A stretch of 64,000 nucleotides of DNA from assembly GCA_003574845.1 (NCBI GenBank), contig NDHY01000001.1, positions 73,043-137,042 of the forward strand, written 5' to 3'. The notes under the pieces are model-generated. The model saw only the letters and a list, made by a program, of their open reading frames with translations. It made no database searches and was not told the DNA's origin. Shown here one piece after another: positions 46,301 to 55,394 of the stretch. Position numbers and translations under genes: made by a program. This DNA comes from a candidate division NPL-UPA2 bacterium Unc8. GTDB taxonomy: Bacteria; NPL-UPA2. Position 1 is the first letter of the stretch; every line of letters starts with the position of its first letter.

Positions 46301-46990
46301 ATGATTAAAGATAATCTTTGCGTGGTGATGGAGGCAATCACCCGGGCTGCAGAGAAAGTGGGCCGTCGGGGTGAGGATGTTGAGCTCGTAGCGGTCACCA
46401 AGATGGTAGATGCCGCCAGGATTAATGAAGCAATTGAGGCCGGAGTCAGAGCAATTGGAGAGAATCGGGTTCAGGAAGCAGCGACCAAGTATAACATTGT
46501 TGTGGATGGAGTCAGGTGGCATTTCATAGGGCATCTTCAAAGGAATAAGGCGAAGAGGGCAGCAGGGATTTTTAGCCTTATTCATTCGCTTGATTCTATT
46601 TCGCTCTCACAGGAAATTAATCGCCACGCTGTTGCGCTGGGGAAGCAAGTAGAAGCACTTGTAGAGGTAAACATTTCTGGAGAGGAGACAAGGTTTGGTC
46701 TTCGCCCTGAAGAATTAATAGGGTTCCTGAAAGAAGCCTCAGTTCTCAAAAATCTGCGTATCAGTGGGTTGATGACAATGTCTCCTTTTACTGATGAACC
46801 GGAGAGTTCCCGTGCTTACTTCCGCGAGCTACGTCTCCTCAGCGAGGAGGTAGCATCTCACAATATTGAGAATATAGAGATGAAGTATCTCTCAATGGGG
46901 ATGAGCCAGGATTTTGAGACAGCTATTGAAGAAGGAGCGAACATGGTAAGAGTAGGGACGGCAATTTTTGGCAGTCGCCCCCCTGCATAG
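46301..46990 (+). CDS. yggS: PLP homeostasis protein
   Basis: VAVTK, GENRVQE, WHFIGHLQRNK, LSMGMS, VRVGTAIFG. Confidence 0.96.
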   Translation: MIKDNLCVVMEAITRAAEKVGRRGEDVELVAVTKMVDAARINEAIEAGVRAIGENRVQEAATKYNIVVDGVRWHFIGHLQRNKAKRAAGIFSLIHSLDSISLSQEINRHAVALGKQVEALVEVNISGEETRFGLRPEELIGFLKEASVLKNLRISGLMTMSPFTDEPESSRAYFRELRLLSEEVASHNIENIEMKYLSMGMSQDFETAIEEGANMVRVGTAIFGSRPPA

Positions 46991-47018
46991 GCAGCACAGT
47001 TCTTGAGAGAAGTAAATT

Positions 47019-47834
47019 ATGTTAAAGGGTAAAAAAATTGGAATAATTGGTGTTGGGAACATTGGCTCTGCTATTATTAGAGGGATTTTAGGGACAGCAG
47101 GAAGGATTCCCCCGAAAAATATTATCGTCAACGATATTGACAAAAAAAAATCACGGGCTATAAGCCGTGAATTATCAGTTATTAGTGTTGCCGATAATAT
47201 AGAATTAGGCAGGCAGGCAGGCATTATAATTCTTGCTGCTAAACCGCACGATATAGAAGAGATACTAAAAGATATAGCGGACTTGCAATCGGGAAAATTG
47301 ATTATCTGCATTGCTGCCGGAATAAAAACGAGCTACATTGAAAAAATGCTACCCGGGCAGGTGGCGGTAGTGAGAGCGATGCCTAATATGCCCGCCCTAA
47401 TCGGGGAAGGAATGACTGCCATCTCTGCCGGTAGATTTGCCGGTGAGGAAGAATTGCAACTTACTGAAGCAATCTTCTCTGCCATGGGAGAGACCGTCAG
47501 AATAAGTGAGGATTTGATGGATACTGCTACTGCCGTAAGTGGAAGTGGTCCCGCATATTTCTTTCTGATGATGGAGGCGCTTATTGAGGCAGGAATTGCC
47601 GGCGGGCTTTCTCCGCAAGTGGCACATCGGCTGGTGATACAGACGGCTTATGGAGCAGCGAAGATGACAAAAGAGTCAGAAAAAGAGCTTTTCCTCCTGC
47701 GAGAGGAAGTAACCTCACCAGGAGGAACCACAGAGGCTGGAGTTGCTATTTTAGAAAAGAAGAGATTTAAGGACATACTGACCGAAGCAGTAGCAGCAGG
47801 AGCTGCAAGATCTAAGAAATTGAGCAGGAAATGA
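47019..47834 (+). CDS. proC: Pyrroline-5-carboxylate reductase
   Basis: GVGNIG, RAMPN, SGSGPAY, VTSPGGTT. Confidence 0.96.
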   Translation: MLKGKKIGIIGVGNIGSAIIRGILGTAGRIPPKNIIVNDIDKKKSRAISRELSVISVADNIELGRQAGIIILAAKPHDIEEILKDIADLQSGKLIICIAAGIKTSYIEKMLPGQVAVVRAMPNMPALIGEGMTAISAGRFAGEEELQLTEAIFSAMGETVRISEDLMDTATAVSGSGPAYFFLMMEALIEAGIAGGLSPQVAHRLVIQTAYGAAKMTKESEKELFLLREEVTSPGGTTEAGVAILEKKRFKDILTEAVAAGAARSKKLSRK

Positions 47835-48685
47835 GCAAAATTGGGATTATTGGAGGAACGGGGCTTTATGAGATGGAGTCTTTTCATAACAAAGAATGGA
47901 TTGAGCTGGAAACTCCATTTGGCAAGCCCTCTGATAGCTATCTAAGAGGAAAATTAGGAGAAAAAGAGGTACTTTTTCTTCCCCGTCACGGAAGAGGACA
48001 CACCATTCTTCCCGGCGAACTTAATTATCGGGCAAACATCTATGGTTTCAAAAAATTAGGCGTAGAACGACTCATTGCAGTAAGTGCGGTGGGCAGCCTG
48101 AAGAAAAAGCTGCAGCCACTGGATATCTTTCTTCCTGACCAGTTTTTTAATCGCACCAGCCGGGCAGATACGTTCTTTGGAGAAGGGATTGCCGCTCACA
48201 TTAGTTTTGCCGACCCGATTTGCCCCTACCTTATTGAAATTCTTGCTCAAGCGGCAAGGAAAATGAAGGCAAGGGTGCACAAAGGCGGGACATATGTTAA
48301 TATTGAAGGACCGGCATTTTCTACCAGAGCTGAATCAGGGCTCTATCGGCAGTGGGGAATGGACATTATTGGAATGACGAGTATGGTAGAGGCAAAGTTA
48401 GCGCGGGAAGCGGAGATGTGCTATGCCAATATGGCAATGATTACTGATTATGACTGCTGGCATGGAGAAAGCGTAACCGTTGACATTATTATTGAAAATC
48501 TGAAAAAAAATACAAACATGTCAATGCGTACTCTCAGGAGAGCTGTTGAGCTTATTGATGTCGGTGATGAGCGGAGTTGCTTTTGTCGCAGTGCCCTCAA
48601 AGATGCTATTGTTACTGACCGGGAGAAAATCTCTCCGGAGGTGATTGAGCGACTTGGCCCTCTTGTGAAGAATTACCTCAAATAA
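47831..48685 (+). CDS. mtnP: S-methyl-5'-thioadenosine phosphorylase
   Basis: GIIGGTG, PRHG, NYRANI, EGPAFSTRAES, TDYDCW. Confidence 0.93.
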   Translation: MSKIGIIGGTGLYEMESFHNKEWIELETPFGKPSDSYLRGKLGEKEVLFLPRHGRGHTILPGELNYRANIYGFKKLGVERLIAVSAVGSLKKKLQPLDIFLPDQFFNRTSRADTFFGEGIAAHISFADPICPYLIEILAQAARKMKARVHKGGTYVNIEGPAFSTRAESGLYRQWGMDIIGMTSMVEAKLAREAEMCYANMAMITDYDCWHGESVTVDIIIENLKKNTNMSMRTLRRAVELIDVGDERSCFCRSALKDAIVTDREKISPEVIERLGPLVKNYLK

Positions 48686-48736
48686 AGGCACAGAGGCACA
48701 AGAGCTGATAGCTGATAGCTGAAGGCTGTGGGCTGT
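48685..48736. repeat. Repeat mosaic J
   Basis: Starts at the mtnP stop: GGCACAGA-GGCACAAGA-GCTGATA x2-GCTGAAG. Confidence 0.85.
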
Positions 48737-48766
48737 TAGAAGGTTTGAATTTAAAAAAGGAAAAAT

Positions 48767-51580
48767 ATGAAATCGGATTATCGTCAGACACTTAATCTGC
48801 CGCGGACTAAGTTCCCCATGAAAGCATCTCTCGTTGGAAAAGAGCCGGAGATGTTGAAGTTCTGGGAGGAAAATCGTATCTATGAGGCGCTCAGAAAAAA
48901 AATGGCTGGAAGTCCAAAGTGCATCCTCCATGATGGTCCTCCCTATGCAAATGGCGACATTCACATTGGAACAACTCTCAATAAAATTCTTAAAGACATC
49001 ATTATCAAGTTCAAATCGCTCAGCGGTTATGATAGCCCTTATCTCCCCGGCTGGGATTGTCATGGTCTTCCAATTGAGCATGAGGTAATGAAGCAGATAA
49101 AGGACTCTAACCCGGACAAACTGCGAATCAGAAAGGAATGTCGTGCCTATGCTCAAAAATTTATTGGAATTCAGCGGGAACAGTTTCAAAGGCTGGGCAT
49201 CTTTGGAAAATGGGACCGCCCCTATCTGACGATGGCGCCGGCCTATGAGGCAAAAGTTGTTGCTACATTCGGAAGGTTGGTAGAAAAAGGGCTCATCTAC
49301 CGGGCATTTAAGCCGGTTTACTGGTGCATTCGCTGTCAGACTGCTCTTGCTGAGGCTGAGGTTGAATACGCCAATTACAGGTCGCTTTCAATATATGTCA
49401 AATTCTCTCTCTCTGATAGTCCGTTACTTTCATCTCTTCCGACCAGTATTCTCATCTGGACAACAACTGCGTGGACGCTGCCTGCTAACTTAGCAGTAGC
49501 AGTGCATCCTGAATATGAATATGCAGTCGTGGAAGTATCTTCAAACGGGAAGAAAGAGGCCTTGATTATGGTGGCAGATATGGTTGATGAGGTAATGAAA
49601 AGGGTGGGTGTCACTAATTATAGAGTTGTAAAGATTACCTCCGGCAAAGAATTGACAGAATTAAAATATTCTCACCCCCTGAGGAAGAAAGAATGCCCTA
49701 TTATACTCGGTAAAGAGGTCGTTAAAGATGAAGGAACAGGCTGCGTTCACATTGCTCCGGGACATGGAGAAGCAGATTATGAATTAGGATTGAAGCATAA
49801 CCTTGACATTTTTGCTCCTGTAGATAGCAATGGGGTTTTTACTAAGGATGCCGGGGAATTTGCAGGGAAGAAAATCTTCGCTGACAGCGGATTAATCATA
49901 GATAAACTACATTGCAATGACTCTCTTCTCCATAGTGGTTTCCTTACTCATTCTTATCCCCACTGCTGGCGCTGCAGAGAGCCGGTAATCTTTCGGGCTA
50001 CTGAACAGTGGTTTATCTCAATGGATAATAACAATCTTCGGGAACTTGCTCTTAAAGAGATTGAAGGTGTAACATGGATTCCCGAGTGGGGGCGGGTGAG
50101 AATAGGAAATATGATTGCTACGCGACCTGATTGGTGCATATCTCGCCAGCGTGTCTGGGGAGTTCCCATACCAGTGTTTTACTGTCGGAAATGCAGAAAG
50201 GCACTGCTAAATGTTAGGACAATAAATTCTATTGCTGCTCTATTTGAGAGGGAAGGAAGCGATAGCTGGTTCAGGATGAAAGAGAAAGATATCCTGCCAC
50301 CAGGAACAAGTTGCCCTGCCTGTGGCGGTGAAGAATTTGAGAAGGAGACGGATATCCTGGACGTGTGGTTTGAATCAGGAGTAAGTCATCAGGCAGTCAT
50401 TAAAGAAGAGGAAATCCTTTCATACCCTGCCGACCTTTATCTTGAAGGGAGTGACCAGCATCGCGGGTGGTTTCAATCCTCGCTTTTGACTGCGGTCGGG
50501 ATAGGAGAAGGCGCTCCTTATCATGCTGTTCTTACCCATGGGTTCGTAGTTGATGGAAAGGGTAAAAAAATGTCTAAATCTATTGGCAATCTCACCCCGG
50601 CAACGGATGCAGTGGAGAAATTTGGAGCTGATGTTATCAGGCTATGGGTAGCATCCGAAGACTATCGGGGAGACATTGCCTTCTCTGAGGAAATTCTCTC
50701 ACGGATGCAGGAAGCTTATCGCCGCATCAGAAATAGTTGCCGCTACATTCTTGGAAATATCTATGATTTTGACCCTGCAAAAGACAAGGTTGCAGCTAAC
50801 GACCTGCTGGAAATAGACAGGTGGGTTCTTAGCCAGCTTGCGAATTTGCTGAAAAAAGCAAAAACAGCCTATGACTCTTTCAGGTTTCATCGCATTTACC
50901 ATGATCTTCACAATTTCTGTTCGGTTACTCTTGGCTCCTTCTATTTTGATGTGGTCAGAGACCGGCTCTACATTCTTCCACCTTCCTCCACGGAGCGTCG
51001 CTCAGCCCAGACAGTCCTGCACGAAATTCTTTTGGCAATGGTAAAGATTATGGCCCCCATTCTTTCCTTTACCGCTGAGGAGGTCTGGCAGCACCTGCGA
51101 GGAGAAGAGAAGAGTATTTTTCTCACATCCTGGCCAGAGTTTGATGAGGACCGCATAAGCGATGTTCTGGATAAAAAATGGAGCAAACTTATCAAGATAA
51201 GAGAAGAGGTGTATCGGGTTCTTGAGAGACGCCGTCAGGATGGAATGATAGGCAGCTTTCTTGAATCAAACGTTACTATTTTCTCATCAGGCAGGCTCGC
51301 CTCCTTCCTGATGGAATACGAATCGGAACTTGCAACAATCTTTATTGTATCTGGAGTTACCCTTATTGATATAACGGGAGAAGAGATGCCGTGCGAGGTG
51401 ACTGTTGCCGCCAATATTAAAGAAATGGGGATAAAAGCTTCAAGGGCAAAAGGAAGAAAATGTGCTCGCTGCTGGGCCTACAGCGAGACGGTGGAGGAGA
51501 GTAAAGACCATCTGGCTACCATATGCGAACGTTGTGTTAAGATAATCTATGCTAATGGTCAAGATACGGAGGTAATTTAG
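48767..51580 (+). CDS. ileS: Isoleucine--tRNA ligase
   Basis: HDGPPYANG, GWDCHGLPIE, WCISRQR.WG, KMSKS, C-terminal Zn finger. Confidence 0.98.
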   Translation: MKSDYRQTLNLPRTKFPMKASLVGKEPEMLKFWEENRIYEALRKKMAGSPKCILHDGPPYANGDIHIGTTLNKILKDIIIKFKSLSGYDSPYLPGWDCHGLPIEHEVMKQIKDSNPDKLRIRKECRAYAQKFIGIQREQFQRLGIFGKWDRPYLTMAPAYEAKVVATFGRLVEKGLIYRAFKPVYWCIRCQTALAEAEVEYANYRSLSIYVKFSLSDSPLLSSLPTSILIWTTTAWTLPANLAVAVHPEYEYAVVEVSSNGKKEALIMVADMVDEVMKRVGVTNYRVVKITSGKELTELKYSHPLRKKECPIILGKEVVKDEGTGCVHIAPGHGEADYELGLKHNLDIFAPVDSNGVFTKDAGEFAGKKIFADSGLIIDKLHCNDSLLHSGFLTHSYPHCWRCREPVIFRATEQWFISMDNNNLRELALKEIEGVTWIPEWGRVRIGNMIATRPDWCISRQRVWGVPIPVFYCRKCRKALLNVRTINSIAALFEREGSDSWFRMKEKDILPPGTSCPACGGEEFEKETDILDVWFESGVSHQAVIKEEEILSYPADLYLEGSDQHRGWFQSSLLTAVGIGEGAPYHAVLTHGFVVDGKGKKMSKSIGNLTPATDAVEKFGADVIRLWVASEDYRGDIAFSEEILSRMQEAYRRIRNSCRYILGNIYDFDPAKDKVAANDLLEIDRWVLSQLANLLKKAKTAYDSFRFHRIYHDLHNFCSVTLGSFYFDVVRDRLYILPPSSTERRSAQTVLHEILLAMVKIMAPILSFTAEEVWQHLRGEEKSIFLTSWPEFDEDRISDVLDKKWSKLIKIREEVYRVLERRRQDGMIGSFLESNVTIFSSGRLASFLMEYESELATIFIVSGVTLIDITGEEMPCEVTVAANIKEMGIKASRAKGRKCARCWAYSETVEESKDHLATICERCVKIIYANGQDTEVI

Positions 51581-51967
51581 ATGAATAAAATAGCGCAAAA
51601 AAAAATCAGGCAGCGGCTCGAAAAAGAACGGGAAAGCCTTATTTCTGAGATCAGCCGTTTAGAGAAAGATTGTCTGTATAAATCTCAGCGTGAAGCTTCA
51701 GGGGACCTCTCCGGATACTCCTTTCATATGGCCGATACAGGAACGGACAATTTTACTCGCGATTTTAATCTTGAATTAGCCACCATTGAGCAAAAGATTC
51801 TCTATGAGGTAGAGAGAGCTCTGGAGCGGCTGGATGAGGGGAAATTCGGCATCTGCCAGCAATGTAAGAAAAAAATAAACCATCAGCGGTTAGATGCCAT
51901 TCCTTATGCAAGGATGTGCATAAACTGTGAAGAGAAAAAGACATCTCATAAAGATCAAAATGCCTGA
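51581..51967 (+). CDS. TraR/DksA family C4 zinc-finger regulator
   Basis: HMADTGTD, CQQC, RLDAIPYA, CINC. Confidence 0.9.
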   Translation: MNKIAQKKIRQRLEKERESLISEISRLEKDCLYKSQREASGDLSGYSFHMADTGTDNFTRDFNLELATIEQKILYEVERALERLDEGKFGICQQCKKKINHQRLDAIPYARMCINCEEKKTSHKDQNA

Positions 51968-52442
51968 AAAAAGGCAAATATTTAATGCGTTCTACACAGC
52001 ACCTGCCTTCCTCATAGCAGGGCTGATTGTTTTTGTTGACCAATTTTCCAAATACTTTGTCAGAGAGCTAATTTGTCGAGACATTCCAATTCTCCTTATT
52101 GAAGACATATTTTACTTCACCTACATCCAAAACCCGGGAGCAGCTTTCGGGCTCCTCCGCTACCAAACAGGGCTCCTGATTGGCACCTCTCTGTTGACAA
52201 TAGCTGTATTGGTTTTGATTAGCCTTAGAGTTTCTCGCAAAGAACATTCCTCCCAAATTGCACTCGGCTTTATCATAGGAGGTGCCATAGGAAACCTCAT
52301 TGATCGGGTATCTTTTGGTCATGTCATTGACTTCCTTGATCTTGGCTTTCGGGAGCATCGCTGGCCAGTATTTAATGTTGCCGATATTGCCATTACAGTT
52401 GGCAGTGCAATTATCATCTGGAAGCTACTTAAAAAGGAATAG
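51960..52442 (+). CDS. lspA: Lipoprotein signal peptidase
   Basis: DQFSK, NPGAAFG, GGAIGNLIDR, VIDF, FNVAD. Confidence 0.96.
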   Translation: MPEKRQIFNAFYTAPAFLIAGLIVFVDQFSKYFVRELICRDIPILLIEDIFYFTYIQNPGAAFGLLRYQTGLLIGTSLLTIAVLVLISLRVSRKEHSSQIALGFIIGGAIGNLIDRVSFGHVIDFLDLGFREHRWPVFNVADIAITVGSAIIIWKLLKKE

Positions 52443-52448
52443 AGAAAA

Positions 52449-53105
52449 TTGTATCCTGTTATTTTCCGCCTTGGCCCATTGACAGTTCACTCCTATGGAG
52501 TAATGCTTGCTATAGCATTCCTCATTGGACTTTTCCTTTCCATCCGCCGGGCAAAGGCGGAAAACATTGCCCCCTCAATAGTTGTCAATCTTTCGGTCAT
52601 TATTCTTATCTCAGGTCTCATTGGTGCAAGGATTTTCTTCATCCTCATCAATCTGGAATACTTTCTTTCCCATCCGTCCGAGATAATTATGCTGCATAGA
52701 GGCGGGCTTGCCTTTTTTGGCGGGCTTGCCTTAGCATCTCTTAGTGGGTTTCTTTACCTCAGAAAAGTCGGCCCGAATCCATGGAAAATAGTTGACCTCA
52801 TCATTCCCTACGTTGTTCTCGGGGAATCCATCGTAAGAATTGGTTGCTTTTTGAATGGCTGCTGTTATGGCACCCCCACTGACCTCCCATGGGCAGTCTC
52901 TTTCCCCCCATTAAGTGCAGCATACGCCCACTTCGGTTCGACACCTCTCCATCCTGCGCAACTCTATCAGGCAGCTGCCAATTTTGTTATATTCCTGCTA
53001 TTGCTCAGGTCCCGCAGGAGGTATGACGGAGAGATATTCCTTATATATCTCTTGCTTTATGCCCTATCACGGTTCTTTATTGGGTTCTTGCGAGGGGGAG
53101 GATGA
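52449..53105 (+). CDS. lgt: Prolipoprotein diacylglyceryl transferase, apparently C-terminally shortened
   Basis: SYG, GARI, RIGCFLNGCCYG, HPAQLY; only 218 aa. Confidence 0.88.
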   Translation: MYPVIFRLGPLTVHSYGVMLAIAFLIGLFLSIRRAKAENIAPSIVVNLSVIILISGLIGARIFFILINLEYFLSHPSEIIMLHRGGLAFFGGLALASLSGFLYLRKVGPNPWKIVDLIIPYVVLGESIVRIGCFLNGCCYGTPTDLPWAVSFPPLSAAYAHFGSTPLHPAQLYQAAANFVIFLLLLRSRRRYDGEIFLIYLLLYALSRFFIGFLRGGG

Positions 53106-53136
53106 AAAGCAAGTAATGGTAGCAAGTAATGGTGGC

Positions 53137-53165
53137 TTGACTTTTGCTAAGCTTGCTGTTATAAT
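53137..53165 (+). promoter_or_regulatory. Sigma70 promoter with extended -10
   Basis: TTGACT-17 bp-TATAAT with TG at the extended position. Confidence 0.65.
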
Positions 53166-53269
53166 CTCAACGCTTAGGAAATTCAAAAAGAGCGGGTAGT
53201 AGATAGTAGGTAGTGGGTAGGGCTGAAGTGAGGGTGAGCTTAACGAAGAACACAAACAGTGTGGGAGTA

Positions 53270-54397
53270 ATGAGAACTAACGTAATTAAAACATTGATAG
53301 TTGTCTTTTTCCTTTCTTTTGGCGCTCTTTCTCTTTTTAGATACTGGCAGGAGCAGGTTAGGGAGAAGGCGGCATCGGATTTTGCCATTGCCCGCATGCA
53401 CTATCAGGAGCGAAGGTACGTTGAGGCGGCTCAAGGGTTTCGCAAGGTCATAGAATCCCACCCGGGAAGCAGAGAAGCCATTGGCTCTTTATACGGTCTC
53501 GGGCTCAGTCTCATCCAATTAGGAGATTATGAAGAAGCAATTTACTATTTCCAGAGACTCAAAAATGAGTTTCCTGCCAGTGATTATCTCGACAAAGCCC
53601 TTTATCGCTGGGGACGGGTAGAGGAAGAGCGAGGAAACCCTGAAGAAAGCTTTAACCTTTACGAGAGCATTACAAGAGACATCCCTGCTTCTGCACTCTA
53701 CCCCAATGCGCTTGTGGGCATGGGAAGGATAAGCGAATTGAGGGGGCACTGGAAGAAGGCAAGGAGTTACTTCCAAAAGGTAATGGATAACTTCCCGCAA
53801 ACCGAGGCATCTACTGAAGCAAAAAGAAGATTGGGAGAGCTCAACATCAAGTTACTTACTTCCCCGATAATGACGGAGCATTATATTATCTATGAAGTGG
53901 CCCCGGGAGACACCCTCAACGCCATCGCCAGGAGATTTAATACAACAGTAGAGCTGATAATGAAAAAAAATGAGTTAAAAACCCCTTCCATTAAACCGCT
54001 ACAGAGACTGAAAATTCTGCAGGGAAATCTCCATATCGTTGTTAATGTATCAAAAAACACCCTCACGCTTTATCTCGATGAGGAGTTCATCATCTCATAT
54101 CCTGTGGCAACGGGCGCGCCTCTTACCCCCACGCCGCTAGGGGAATTCGTAATCATTAATAAATTGATAGAGCCGATGTGGAGAGGACTATCACACAACG
54201 ACCCCGGCAACATTCTCGGGACAAGGTGGCTGGGACTAAACAAGTCGGGGTATGGAATTCACGGAACAACACTACCTGAGACAATTGGAGCCCCTGTAAC
54301 ATTAGGATGTATTCGGATGTTCAATAAAGATGTGGAAAAACTATTTGACCTCATTCCTGTTGGAACTGCTGTCAAGATTATAAAAAATGAGCACTAA
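53270..54397 (+). CDS. TPR-LysM-YkuD L,D-transpeptidase family protein
   Basis: N-terminal TM/signal, 4-5 TPR-like repeats, YEVAPGDTL (LysM), GIHGT...TLGCIRM (YkuD). Confidence 0.9.
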   Translation: MRTNVIKTLIVVFFLSFGALSLFRYWQEQVREKAASDFAIARMHYQERRYVEAAQGFRKVIESHPGSREAIGSLYGLGLSLIQLGDYEEAIYYFQRLKNEFPASDYLDKALYRWGRVEEERGNPEESFNLYESITRDIPASALYPNALVGMGRISELRGHWKKARSYFQKVMDNFPQTEASTEAKRRLGELNIKLLTSPIMTEHYIIYEVAPGDTLNAIARRFNTTVELIMKKNELKTPSIKPLQRLKILQGNLHIVVNVSKNTLTLYLDEEFIISYPVATGAPLTPTPLGEFVIINKLIEPMWRGLSHNDPGNILGTRWLGLNKSGYGIHGTTLPETIGAPVTLGCIRMFNKDVEKLFDLIPVGTAVKIIKNEH

Positions 54398-55394
54398 CCA
54401 CTTAGATTTTGAACTGCCAATTATCGAGTTAGAAAAAAAGATTGAGGAATTGCGCAGATTTACTTCTAATAGCAGGATGGACCTCTGCCGAGAAGTTGAA
54501 GCGCTGGAGAAAAAGGCAGAAAGACTAAAGAGGGAGATTTTTACTAACCTCGCCCCCAGGCAGAGAGTTCAGCTGGCGCGCCACCCTCAGCGCCCTCATA
54601 CTCTTGATTACATAAATCTAATTATGGATGGCTTTTATGAACTTCACGGGGATAGAATGTTCTCTGATGACAGAGCCATTGTCGGAGGTCTGTGTAAATT
54701 TAATGACGAGACAGTTCTGGTCATTGGTCACCAGAAAGGAAGTAACATCCAGGAAAACATTGAGAGAAATTTTGGCATGCCCCACCCCGAAGGATATCGC
54801 AAAGCCTTAAGACTGATGAGGTTAGCTGAAAAATTCAATTTTCCCGTAATCACGCTTATTGACACTCCAGGAGCTTATCCAGGAATCGGGGCTGAGGAGA
54901 GGGGCCAGGCAGAAGCGATTGCCAGAAATTTAATGGAGATGTCCACGCTAAAGACATCCCTTATAAGCCTGGTCATTGGCGAAGGAGGAAGTGGTGGGGC
55001 ACTGGGAATAGGAGTTGCTGATAGGACTCTAATGTTAGAGAATGCAATATACTCGGTAATCTCTCCCGAAGGATGTGCCGCCATCCTCTGGCGTGATAAA
55101 AGGAAGGCAGGAGAGGCAGCTGATGCACTTTGCCTCACCGCGCAAGACATTATAAAATTAAGAATTATCGACGAGGTCGTGCCTGAGCCATTGGGCGGAG
55201 CACACAAGAATCATGAGCAAGTAGCGACTCTTGTTGCGGAGAGCCTGAAGAGAAACCTCTCGGAGCTAAAATCCTTTTCCATAAAGGAGATTGTCAGGAG
55301 AAGGTTTGAGAAGCACCGCCACATAGGAGAATTCCTTGAGTTGAGAGAGGAGGCTATCTCAGTCAGGGGAACCGAGGACGGGGATGAGAAATAA
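54387..55394 (+). CDS. accA: Acetyl-CoA carboxylase carboxyltransferase alpha subunit
   Basis: LDFELPI, ARHPQRP, PEGYRKA, DTPGAYPG, GEGGSGGA. Confidence 0.97.
   Translation: MSTNHLDFELPIIELEKKIEELRRFTSNSRMDLCREVEALEKKAERLKREIFTNLAPRQRVQLARHPQRPHTLDYINLIMDGFYELHGDRMFSDDRAIVGGLCKFNDETVLVIGHQKGSNIQENIERNFGMPHPEGYRKALRLMRLAEKFNFPVITLIDTPGAYPGIGAEERGQAEAIARNLMEMSTLKTSLISLVIGEGGSGGALGIGVADRTLMLENAIYSVISPEGCAAILWRDKRKAGEAADALCLTAQDIIKLRIIDEVVPEPLGGAHKNHEQVATLVAESLKRNLSELKSFSIKEIVRRRFEKHRHIGEFLELREEAISVRGTEDGDEK

Noticed and set aside
48950-48975. HIGT instead of HIGH in IleRS as a resistance variant
   Set aside because: Variation at this position is common in bacterial-type IleRS, and the rest of the protein is canonical
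48521-49189. 222-aa antisense ORF and other long shadow ORFs (e.g. 2477-2971, 17395-17895, 57596-58042)
   Set aside because: Antisense to well-supported genes, with no motifs or RBS
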